DNA of 64,000 nucleotides, taken from an uncultured Chloroflexia bacterium. Its GTDB lineage: Bacteria > Chloroflexota > Limnocylindria > Limnocylindrales > CSP1-4. Shown piece after piece: positions 49,691 to 58,232 of this stretch. Location of the stretch: the NCBI GenBank assembly GCA_963712585.1, contig CAVQIH010000007.1, forward strand, positions 8,227-72,226. The letters are read 5' to 3'. Numbering within the stretch: the first letter of the stretch is position 1; every line of letters starts with the position of its first letter. Under the pieces are notes generated by a model. The model did not search any database. It was not told the origin of the DNA and saw only the letters and a program-made list of their open reading frames with translations. A program made the position numbers and the translations under genes.

Positions 49691-52600
49691 ATGGCACAGC
49701 TCGCACCGGCAGACGACCTGAGCGACGAGCAGCGCGCCGTCGTAGGGTGGGGGGCCGGGCCGCTCATGGTCCTGGCGGGGGCTGGGACCGGCAAGACGAC
49801 GGTCATCGTCGAGCGCGTGCGCCGACTGCTGGCGACCGAGCCGGGGCTGACCCCCGAGCAGGTCCTGGTCCTCACCTACAACGTGCGGGCTGCGGGCGAG
49901 CTGGCCGAGCGCTTCGAACGGCGCCTTGGGATCACGGCCGCCAGCCGGCTCACCGTCACCAACTTCCACGCCTTCGGCTACCGCGTGCTTCGCGAACACG
50001 GCACCGAGATCGGCCTGCCGGCCCAGCTCGAGGTCCTCGATGACGTCGGCCAGCTGATGCTGCTGGCCGAGGTCGTGCCCAGCCTCAAGCTGGTCTACCA
50101 CGCCCCGGCGGTCCTCTCTGCGGATGCGCTGCGCGGGTTCGCGGCGGTGATCAGCCGGGCCAAGGACGAGCTCGTCGGGCCGGCGGCGTTCCACGAGTTT
50201 GCCGACAGGAAGCGCGCGGAGCTGGAGGCGCAGTTCGGGGCCGGCGCCTACCAGCGTGCGCTCGCCGACCTTCCGTCCGTGGGCGAGCGTGGCCCGGCCG
50301 CCGAGGTCCGGCGGGCCCTCCGCTCCGGTTCGGCGGAGGCCGTCGCCGATCGTGAGGCGCGCCGTCAGCTCGGCGAGGCCTGGCGGCCGGCCCCCTGGGG
50401 AGAGCTGGATCCGTTCCAGCAAGCGCGAGCCCGCCAGCTGGCCGGGACCCTCCTCCGTGACGCGGCTGCCCTGGAGGTCCTGCGCCTCGAGGAAGAGGCG
50501 CTCGTCTACGCCCGCTACCAGGACGCGCTTCGCCAGCGCGGTGCCGTCGACTTCGGCGAGCAGATCCGGCTGGCGGCCGAGCTCTTCCAAGGGCGGCCGA
50601 ACGTGCTCCTCCGCTATCAGCGTCGCTACCGTCACATCCTGGTCGACGAGTTCCAGGACGCCAACATCGCCCAGATCCTCCTCCTCGAGCTGCTCGCCCA
50701 GACGCCCGAGCGGCCGGCCAATGTCGTGGTCGTGGGCGACGACGACCAGTCGATCTACCGCTTCCGGGGTGCGAGCTATGCCGCCTTCGAGCAGTTCGCG
50801 TCGACCTTCGGCCCGGACGTGCCCCGGCTGCCACTCCTCCTGAACCGCCGCTCGACCGGTCGGATCCTGTCTGTCGCCGAACGCTTGATCTCGGCCAACT
50901 CGGCGCGGCTGAAGAGCGGCTCCGAGGGCCGGCTCCGTTCCACCCATGAGACCGGCCGGCCAGTCGAGCTCATCTACGCCCTGGACGAGGCCGACGAGGC
51001 CGAGGCGATCGTGGCCTGGGTCAAGGCGACGTTCGAGGCCCTGCCCGAGCGGATCGAGTTGCCGGACGGCGCGCGGCGTGCCCGGCGCTGGAGCGATGTC
51101 GCCGTCCTCTATCGCCAGCACCGGCACCGCGAGCTCCTGGTCGACCGCCTCCAACGGGCCGGCATCCCGTATGCCGTCCTGGGAGGGGCGGGCGTCTTCG
51201 CCCGCCAGGACGTGCGCGACGTCGAGGCCGCCCTGCGGGTCATGGTGGACCCATCCGACTCGGTAGCCTGTGCTCGCCTGCTGGCGGCGGGCCCCTGGCG
51301 GCTCGATGCGATCGAGCTTGCCCGGCTCACTCGCGCCGCCAGGGCGGACGGAATCCCCGTCTACGAGATGGCGCTCCGGGTCCTCCGCCAGGGAGAGATC
51401 GCCATCGAGCTTCCGGTCTCACCGCCGCATGCCGGCGACCCGCTCGAGGGAAGCGAGCCACCCGAGGTGGAGGACTCGCGGGCGGGCGACCCGGGTCCGA
51501 CCGATGGCGTGGCCCCGGTCGGCTCCGAGCCTCCTCGCCCGTTGGTCTCCCGCATCCGGCTGGAAGCGGGTTTGCGGACCAAGCTCGAGCGGCTGGCAGC
51601 CTGCTTCGACGATCTCGTCCCGAGGGCCTACCGCGAGCCGCCGCGGGTCATTCTCGACGAGTACCTGGCCCGCACGGGCCTGCTCGAGGACCTGCTCGCG
51701 GTCGGCACGCCGACGGCGACCCGGTCGGTCCTGGCCCTGGCCCGCCTGATGCGTTTCGTGGCCGAGTGGGGGAGCGACCGGCCGCGCGGGACGCTGGCGG
51801 ACTTCGTCGGCTTCCTCGATCGGTATCAGGCCATTGGCGGTGACCTGGCGGTGGAGGCGCCCGACCAGCTCGACGTCGACGGCGTCCAGCTGATGACGAT
51901 CTATCAGGCCAAGGGCCTCGAATACGAGGCCGTGGTGATTCCCCGCCTCACGAAAGGCCAGTTCCCGGTCGAGCGAGACCAGGGGCCGGTCATACCCGTC
52001 GAGCTCCTTCGCCAGAAGCCGCCCGAGGAGTTCGCCGTCGAGGAGGAACGCCGGCTGCTCTTCGTGGCGATGACGCGCGCCCGAACGCGGCTGCTGGTCA
52101 CCACGGTCGATGGTCCCGGTGGAACGGGTCGCCCCAGCCCCTTCGTGGGAGAGCTTGTCGCCCGGGACGCGTTCGGCGACCTCACTCCGCTCGACGACCT
52201 GCTGGTGGAGCGAAGGAGCCCGGAGCTCGACGACGGGCTCCCTGAGGCGTTGCCGGCCGGGTCCGAGGACGTCGCCGCAGGCGCGACGGTGCGCCCCCGC
52301 CGCCTGATGCCGCTGCCAGCCCCGTTCGAGCGACGGACCACGCTGCGACGGCGGGCGCTGGAGCTGATCGGGGCGCTCGAAGGCCTCGATCCGGCAGACC
52401 TCCAAGGGCGGGCGCAGCTGACCGACGAGCTCGTTGCCGTCGCGACCGATGCGGCCGGCGCTGCCGATGAAGCTCGCCGGGCCGGGTTGGACCCGCTCAC
52501 GCTGGGGGTCCTGGCGCGCCATGAGCCAGGTGGGGCTCGACTTCTGGAGCTCGCCCCACTACCGAGCTCGTTCAGCCACTCCCAGTTCCGGACGTACGAT

Positions 52601-53362
52601 GCCTGCCCCCTCCGTTATGCGTTCGACAAGGTCTACAGGATCCCGCCGCCCGAGGCCCATGGGTTCTTCGAGTTCGGCACGGCCGTCCACGAAGCGTTCG
52701 AGGCCTTCACTCGCGAGCGGCGAGAGCGGGCCGCGGCAGGGGAGGCGCCGCCCGATCTGGCCCGCCTCCAGGCGCACTTCGAGGCTGCCTTCGACCGGGG
52801 TGAGTTCGAGTCGCCCGCCGCCGTCGAGGAGTACCGGGCCCGGAGCGTCGCCGTCCTCGAACGGTTCTATGCCCGCGAGCTTGCCAGCCCCGCCGCCGCC
52901 GTCGGGTTCGAGCTCCCGTTCACCATGATCCTCGACCCCGGCGACGGGTCGTCGCCGGTCCGCTTCAGTGGCCAGATCGACCGCATCGACCGTCATCCCG
53001 ACGGCACCTTCGAGATCGTGGACTACAAGACCGGTCGCGCCCGAAGCCAGGCCGACGTCGACCACGACGATCAGTTGAGCGCCTATGCCCTGGCCTGTCG
53101 CGAAGGTGCGGTCCGCGATCCCGAGACCGGCACCCTCATCCCGACCCCCAGCCGGCTGACGCTCTATTTCACGGAGTCCGACCTGGCGCTCTCCACGACC
53201 CGCACCGATCAGCAGCTCGACGCTTTCCGTGAGCGAGTCCTGGCGACCGCAGCGCGAATCCGGGGCGGCGACCTGGCCGCGACACCGGGCTACATGACCT
53301 GCCGATTCTGTGACTTCCGGCGGCTCTGCCCCAGCCGCTACCGCGAGGAGCTGGAGCGGTAG
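49691..53362 (+). CDS. UvrD/PcrA-family SF1 helicase fused to a PD-(D/E)XK (RecB/AddB-like) nuclease, AdnB-like
   Basis: AGAGTGKT, LVDEFQD, VGDDDQSIYRFRGA, TIYQAKGLEY, EERRLLFVAMTRA; C-terminal CPLRY, GQIDRID, IVDYKTG, CRFCDFRRLC. Confidence 0.9.
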   Translation: MAQLAPADDLSDEQRAVVGWGAGPLMVLAGAGTGKTTVIVERVRRLLATEPGLTPEQVLVLTYNVRAAGELAERFERRLGITAASRLTVTNFHAFGYRVLREHGTEIGLPAQLEVLDDVGQLMLLAEVVPSLKLVYHAPAVLSADALRGFAAVISRAKDELVGPAAFHEFADRKRAELEAQFGAGAYQRALADLPSVGERGPAAEVRRALRSGSAEAVADREARRQLGEAWRPAPWGELDPFQQARARQLAGTLLRDAAALEVLRLEEEALVYARYQDALRQRGAVDFGEQIRLAAELFQGRPNVLLRYQRRYRHILVDEFQDANIAQILLLELLAQTPERPANVVVVGDDDQSIYRFRGASYAAFEQFASTFGPDVPRLPLLLNRRSTGRILSVAERLISANSARLKSGSEGRLRSTHETGRPVELIYALDEADEAEAIVAWVKATFEALPERIELPDGARRARRWSDVAVLYRQHRHRELLVDRLQRAGIPYAVLGGAGVFARQDVRDVEAALRVMVDPSDSVACARLLAAGPWRLDAIELARLTRAARADGIPVYEMALRVLRQGEIAIELPVSPPHAGDPLEGSEPPEVEDSRAGDPGPTDGVAPVGSEPPRPLVSRIRLEAGLRTKLERLAACFDDLVPRAYREPPRVILDEYLARTGLLEDLLAVGTPTATRSVLALARLMRFVAEWGSDRPRGTLADFVGFLDRYQAIGGDLAVEAPDQLDVDGVQLMTIYQAKGLEYEAVVIPRLTKGQFPVERDQGPVIPVELLRQKPPEEFAVEEERRLLFVAMTRARTRLLVTTVDGPGGTGRPSPFVGELVARDAFGDLTPLDDLLVERRSPELDDGLPEALPAGSEDVAAGATVRPRRLMPLPAPFERRTTLRRRALELIGALEGLDPADLQGRAQLTDELVAVATDAAGAADEARRAGLDPLTLGVLARHEPGGARLLELAPLPSSFSHSQFRTYDACPLRYAFDKVYRIPPPEAHGFFEFGTAVHEAFEAFTRERRERAAAGEAPPDLARLQAHFEAAFDRGEFESPAAVEEYRARSVAVLERFYARELASPAAAVGFELPFTMILDPGDGSSPVRFSGQIDRIDRHPDGTFEIVDYKTGRARSQADVDHDDQLSAYALACREGAVRDPETGTLIPTPSRLTLYFTESDLALSTTRTDQQLDAFRERVLATAARIRGGDLAATPGYMTCRFCDFRRLCPSRYREELER

Positions 53363-53452
53363 AGCCGGCCCGAAGACGGGCCCCCTTGCGGGCGCGCGGT
53401 ATGCTCTCGTCCCGGTCCCGAGGGCAGGGGCCGCTCACACCAGAGGCGACGC

Positions 53453-54373
53453 ATGGCACGCTCGATGTGGCGGGGGGCGATCCAGTTCGGGCTCGTGACG
53501 ATCCCGATCAAGCTCTACGTGGCCACGGAGTCGAAGGGCATCTCCTTCAACATGCTCCACGAGAGCTGCTTGAACCGAATCCAGATGAAGACCTACTGCC
53601 CGTTCCACGAGGAGACGATCTCCCGCGGGGACACCGTCAAGGGCTTCGAGTACGCCAGGGATCGCTACGTTGTGGTGACCGACGAGGACCTCGCCTCGGT
53701 GCCCCTCAAGACCGTCCGCGCCGTCGAGATCGAGAAGTTCGTGCGGGCCGACGAGAACCGGGCCACCCTGCAGTTCAGCAAGCAGGCCTACTACGTGGAG
53801 CCGGAGCAGATCGGGCGCAAGGCGTTCGCGCTGCTGCGGTCCGTGCTGGCGGATTCGGGGCTGACGGCGATCTGCAAGATCGTGCTGCGCGATCGCGAGC
53901 AGCTGGCGGCGCTCGATCCCGTCGGCGACACGCTCCTCCTGAACACGCTCTACTGGCCCGACGAGATCCGCTCGACCGCCGAGCTCAGCCTCTCCGACGG
54001 CGAGATCGAGTTCAAGCCGGCCGAGCGCGCCATGGCCGAGCAGCTGGTGGCGGCGATGACCGGTGAGTTCGATGCCGCCGAATACCACGACGACTACCGC
54101 GAGGCGTTGATGGCCGTCATCGAGGCCAAGGTCGCCGGCCAGGAGGTCGCGGCACCGGTGGCGCTCGAGCCGGAGGGCAACCTCGTCGATCTCATGGCCG
54201 CGCTCGAGGCAAGCGTCGCGGCCGCTCGCGGAGCCAAGGCCGCGGCTCCGGTCGGCGAGGTCACTCGCGCTCGCCCCAAGAAGGCCGCGGCGAAGCAGGT
54301 CACCGAGGTCGAGGCCGCCGAGGTTCAGGAGGCCGAGGAGGCAGCGCCCGTCCGCCGCCGCAAGTCCGCCTGA
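53453..54373 (+). CDS. ku: NHEJ DNA end-binding protein Ku
   Basis: MWRGAIQFGLVTIPIKLY, VKGFEY, YYVEP, LYWPDEIR, YHDDYRE, VDLMAALEASV, basic tail. Confidence 0.95.
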   Translation: MARSMWRGAIQFGLVTIPIKLYVATESKGISFNMLHESCLNRIQMKTYCPFHEETISRGDTVKGFEYARDRYVVVTDEDLASVPLKTVRAVEIEKFVRADENRATLQFSKQAYYVEPEQIGRKAFALLRSVLADSGLTAICKIVLRDREQLAALDPVGDTLLLNTLYWPDEIRSTAELSLSDGEIEFKPAERAMAEQLVAAMTGEFDAAEYHDDYREALMAVIEAKVAGQEVAAPVALEPEGNLVDLMAALEASVAAARGAKAAAPVGEVTRARPKKAAAKQVTEVEAAEVQEAEEAAPVRRRKSA

Positions 54374-54387
54374 CGGGAGACCGATCG

Positions 54388-55107
54388 ATGCCCGGGACGG
54401 GGACCGGGCCGCGCCCCCGAAGCCACCCCCCGGCCGGACAGCTGTCCTTGCCGCTCGACCGCGGTGGCCGCCTGCCGGCCCGGATCAGGCCGATGCGACC
54501 GACGCCCGGCGACGGGCCGTTCGACGATCCTGCCTACCTGTTCGAGCCGTGGTGGCCGGGGTCGCGGACGTTCGTGGTCATCGAGGCCGGACGGGTGCGC
54601 CTCGAGGCCGACGAGCTGGCCGATCCCGTGGCGGCGTTTCCCGAGCTCGGGGCGATCGCCAACCTGATCGTGCCGCCGATCGACGGGACCGTCCTCGGGG
54701 GCACGGTGCTCGTGCTCGACCGGGGCGGACGGCCGAGCCAATCCCTGCTCCGCCGTCGCCTCTCGGATCCATCGCAGCATTCGGGTCGCCCGGCCTTCGT
54801 CGCCGACGATCTCCTGTACGCCGGGGGGCGCTCGCTCCTTCGCCGGCCGCTGTCGGAGCGGCGCACGCGGCTCGACGAGCTCCTGCGCCCGACCGATTGG
54901 TGTCTGGCCAGCCGGGGCTACATCGGCGACGGAACGACCGTGGCGCAAGCCCTCATCGGGCTCGGCATCGGCGGGCTCTCGGCGCGGCGGCTGTCCGCCA
55001 TCTACCGGCCGGGGCCCGCTGGCGACGCCTGGTTCTGGATCCCGCTCCCGACCGCCGATCGCCCCTCCTCGCCGTTGTTGACCGTGATCCGCAGCCTCGG
55101 GCTGTGA
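54388..55107 (+). CDS. catalytically inactive ATP-dependent DNA ligase adenylation-domain paralog
   Basis: Colinear with the LigD ligase domain (IRPM, FEP, DLLY..GRSLLRRPL.ERR, Y.PG), but KxDG is replaced by WWPG and motifs III, IV and V are degenerate; no OB domain. Confidence 0.75.
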   Translation: MPGTGTGPRPRSHPPAGQLSLPLDRGGRLPARIRPMRPTPGDGPFDDPAYLFEPWWPGSRTFVVIEAGRVRLEADELADPVAAFPELGAIANLIVPPIDGTVLGGTVLVLDRGGRPSQSLLRRRLSDPSQHSGRPAFVADDLLYAGGRSLLRRPLSERRTRLDELLRPTDWCLASRGYIGDGTTVAQALIGLGIGGLSARRLSAIYRPGPAGDAWFWIPLPTADRPSSPLLTVIRSLGL

Positions 55108-55129
55108 GGCACTGACGGGCGCTGGGCCG

Positions 55130-57949
55130 ATGCCGCTCGAGGAATACCGGCGCAAGCGCGACTTCGCCAAGACGCCCGAACCTTCCGGCGAGGGGCCGCC
55201 GCTCTCGACAGACGACACTGCGGCACACCCGTCACCGGGGGCGACGCCCCAGCCGGTGCTCGTGGCGGCCCCGGCCGGCCCGAACCGCTTCGTCGTCCAA
55301 CGGCACCGGGCGACTCGGCTCCACTACGACCTGCGGCTCGAGATCGACGACGTCCTCGTGAGCTGGGCCGTTCCCAAGGGCCCGACGCTGGATCCCGATC
55401 AGCGCCGGATGGCCGTCCACGTCGAGGATCATCCCGTCGACTACTTCGATTTCGAGGGCCTGATCCCGCGAGGCGAATACGGTGCCGGCGACGTGATCGT
55501 CTGGGACTGGGGCCACTTCATGCCCGAGGGGACCGCCGATCCGGGTGCCGCCGTGCGAGCCGGCGAGCTCAAGTTCCGGCTCGAGGGTGAGAAGCTGCGG
55601 GGCCGGTTCACCATCGTGCGGACCTCCGGGCGGGGAGGCGATGCGTCGCACCAGGCCGGCTCGGGCGAGGCGTGGTTGCTCATCCACAAGCGCGACGAGG
55701 ACGCCATCGCCGGCTGGGACGCCGAGCACCATCCGCGCTCGGTGAAGTCGGGCCTCACCAACGACGAGGTCCGGGCTGGGGGAGCGCGCTCCACTGACGA
55801 TCCGCCACGCCCGGAAGCCGTCGACGCTGAGGCGGCCGGCGCGCCGACCCCGCCCGAGGCCGACCTTTCGGCCGCCATCGTGGCCCCCATGCCGGCCTTC
55901 ATCGCCCCGATGGGCGCCACGCTGGCAGCCCGTACCTTCGATTCGCCCGATTGGCTCTTCGAGCCGAAATGGGACGGCTATCGGGTCGAGGCTCTCGTCA
56001 GGGCCGGCTCGGTCCGGCTCCGAACACGGAACGGCAACGACGCCGAGACCTACTTCGGGCGCCTCCTCGACCCCCCGACTTGGATCGCCGCCGACGAGGC
56101 GATCGTAGACGGAGAGGTCGTGGCGCTCGATCCCGACGGCCGGCCGGACTTCGGCCTTCTCCAGGAGGCGATCTCGGGCCTGACGGGCCGCTCCGCCCCG
56201 GGAGCCTGGGGGAGGGGTGAGGGCGCGGGGCAGCACGACCGGCCCGCTGGGGCGATGCCGCGGCCCGCACCGCTCCTCTACGTGGCCTTCGACCTCCTGT
56301 ATGTCGACGGACGCTCGCTCCTGCGCGTGCCGCTCGAGGAGCGCAAGCGGGCCCTCCGCTCGGCCCTCCGCGAACACCCGCGGGTGCGCTTCGGAGCTCA
56401 CGTCGAGGCCGCCGGGGTGGCCTTCTTCGAGGCCGCCCGCGAGCGTGCCCTCGAAGGGGTCGTCGCCAAACGCCGCGGCAGCCTGTACGAGCCCGGTCGG
56501 CGCTCGGACGCGTGGCTGAAGCTCAAAGTGCGGCCTGAGCAGGAGTTCGCGGTGGTCGGCTATCTGCCCGGGGAGGGCAGCCACGCCGAGCTCGGGTCGA
56601 TCCTGCTTTCCGTCCATGACGGCGACGGCTTCGTCTATGCCGGACGGGTGGGCAGCGGTCTCGACGCGCGCCTGCGGGCCGAGCTCAAGCGTGCGCTCGA
56701 CGCAGAGCGGCTCGCGCAGCCGCCGCTGACGGCAGACCCCACCGCCCGGGATCCCGGGCTGCGGGCGGCCATTTGGTCAGCGCCTCGCCTCGTCGCCCGG
56801 GTCCGCTTCGCCGGCTGGTCGCGGGAGGGGCTGGTCCGCCAGCCCTCGTTTGCGGGGCTCGACCCGGGCCGCAACCCGGCGGAGGTGACGCGAGAGATGC
56901 CCTTGGAGCGAGCCCCCGAGGCGACCCCGGAACCTCGAACCGTCGGATCGGTCGATCCAACCGGTCCGTCTGCCGGTTCCGTTCGCGGCGCGAGTGAGGC
57001 CGAGCTCGAGGCGCTGGCCACCGTGCGGCCGTCGGGCGGGCCATGGCGGATCGAGAACCGGGAGGTGAAGCTGACCAACCTCGACAAGGCCATCTTCCCG
57101 GCGGCTCCGGATCACCCCGCGGGTCCCCGCCCGGCGGTGACCAAGCGAGACCTGATCCGCTACTACGCCGAGATCGGGCCCGTTCTTCTGCCACACCTCG
57201 CGGGTCGAGCGCTCAATCTGCAGCGCTTCCCGGACGGGGCGGGAGGTCCCGGGTTCTGGCAGAAGGCGCTGCGGCCGACCGATCCCGACTGGCTCCACCG
57301 CTGGCGGGAGCCTGATCCGCGGGGGCGCGATCCGAACGTTCACCTCGTGGCCGACTCCCTCGCCGCGCTGGCCTGGCTCGGGAACCAGGCCGCCATCGAG
57401 CTCCACCCGTGGACGGCCCGGATCGAGGCACCCGATCGTCCGACGTTCGCTCTCATCGACATCGACCCGGGTACCTCGACCATCTGGGAGGAGGTGCTGG
57501 TGCTGGCGCGGCTCTACCGGACTGCGCTCGGCCACCTGGCGGTGAGTGGCTTCCCCAAGGTCACCGGAAAGCGCGGGATCCAGGTCTTCGTCCCTGTCGA
57601 GCCCGCGTACTCGTTCGACGAGACCCGGGGCTGGGTGGAGGCGCTTTCTCGTGCGGTGGGGGCGATGGTGCCCGAACTCGTGAGCTGGGAGTGGAGCGTC
57701 GCCGAGCGGGGTGGCCGCGCCCGACTCGACTACACCCAGAACACGCCCATCAAGACCCTCGTGTCCGTGTATTCGCCGCGGCCCGCCCCGGGAGCCCCTG
57801 TCTCTGCGCCGATCACCTGGGACGAGCTCGACGACCCGGTCCTGCGGCCTGACGGCTGGACGATCACGAGCGTCATGGAGCGGGTCCGCGAGCGCGGCGA
57901 CCTGTTCGCCGGAGCGGCCACGCTGCGCCAGCGGCTACCGAAGCTGTAG
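55130..57949 (+). CDS. ligD: NHEJ DNA ligase D (phosphoesterase-ligase-polymerase)
   Basis: PE: EEYRRKRDF, HRATRLHYDLRLE, SWAVPKGP; LIG: EPKWDG, DGEVV, FDLL, EGVVAK, WLKLK; POL: LTNLDK, RFPDG, IELHPW, DIDP, LDYTQN. Confidence 0.95.
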   Translation: MPLEEYRRKRDFAKTPEPSGEGPPLSTDDTAAHPSPGATPQPVLVAAPAGPNRFVVQRHRATRLHYDLRLEIDDVLVSWAVPKGPTLDPDQRRMAVHVEDHPVDYFDFEGLIPRGEYGAGDVIVWDWGHFMPEGTADPGAAVRAGELKFRLEGEKLRGRFTIVRTSGRGGDASHQAGSGEAWLLIHKRDEDAIAGWDAEHHPRSVKSGLTNDEVRAGGARSTDDPPRPEAVDAEAAGAPTPPEADLSAAIVAPMPAFIAPMGATLAARTFDSPDWLFEPKWDGYRVEALVRAGSVRLRTRNGNDAETYFGRLLDPPTWIAADEAIVDGEVVALDPDGRPDFGLLQEAISGLTGRSAPGAWGRGEGAGQHDRPAGAMPRPAPLLYVAFDLLYVDGRSLLRVPLEERKRALRSALREHPRVRFGAHVEAAGVAFFEAARERALEGVVAKRRGSLYEPGRRSDAWLKLKVRPEQEFAVVGYLPGEGSHAELGSILLSVHDGDGFVYAGRVGSGLDARLRAELKRALDAERLAQPPLTADPTARDPGLRAAIWSAPRLVARVRFAGWSREGLVRQPSFAGLDPGRNPAEVTREMPLERAPEATPEPRTVGSVDPTGPSAGSVRGASEAELEALATVRPSGGPWRIENREVKLTNLDKAIFPAAPDHPAGPRPAVTKRDLIRYYAEIGPVLLPHLAGRALNLQRFPDGAGGPGFWQKALRPTDPDWLHRWREPDPRGRDPNVHLVADSLAALAWLGNQAAIELHPWTARIEAPDRPTFALIDIDPGTSTIWEEVLVLARLYRTALGHLAVSGFPKVTGKRGIQVFVPVEPAYSFDETRGWVEALSRAVGAMVPELVSWEWSVAERGGRARLDYTQNTPIKTLVSVYSPRPAPGAPVSAPITWDELDDPVLRPDGWTITSVMERVRERGDLFAGAATLRQRLPKL

Positions 57950-57968
57950 CAGCGACGGATCCGCCGGC

Positions 57969-58232
57969 GTGAAGGCGGGCGACACGGTGCACGTCACGCT
58001 CCGCGTCGATCGGGCACCGAAGGTGGTCGCAGTGCCGGCTGAGCTGGAGCGGGCGCTAGCCGCGAGCCCCGAGGCAGGCGTTCGGTGGGTGCGCATGGCC
58101 CAGTCGCATCGCAATGAGTATGCGGAGTTCGTCGGCGAGGCGAAGCGACCCGAGACGCGTGAACGGCGGGCGGCCCAGACCGTCGAGCGACTCCTGGAGA
58201 TCTCACCAACTGCCGGCCGGGGAGCTGGCTAG
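57969..58232 (+). pseudogene. C-terminal part of a DUF1905/YdeI-OmpD-associated protein (N-terminus missing)
   Basis: GVKAGDTVHVTL...VPAEL..AL...SHRNEY...EAKRPETRERR typical of OmdA-domain proteins; begins mid-domain. Confidence 0.6.

Noticed and set aside
52560-53362. Cas4 / CRISPR adaptation nuclease
   Set aside because: The four-Cys PD-(D/E)XK domain is fused to a UvrD helicase as in AddB/AdnB-type proteins; no cas1/cas2 or array.
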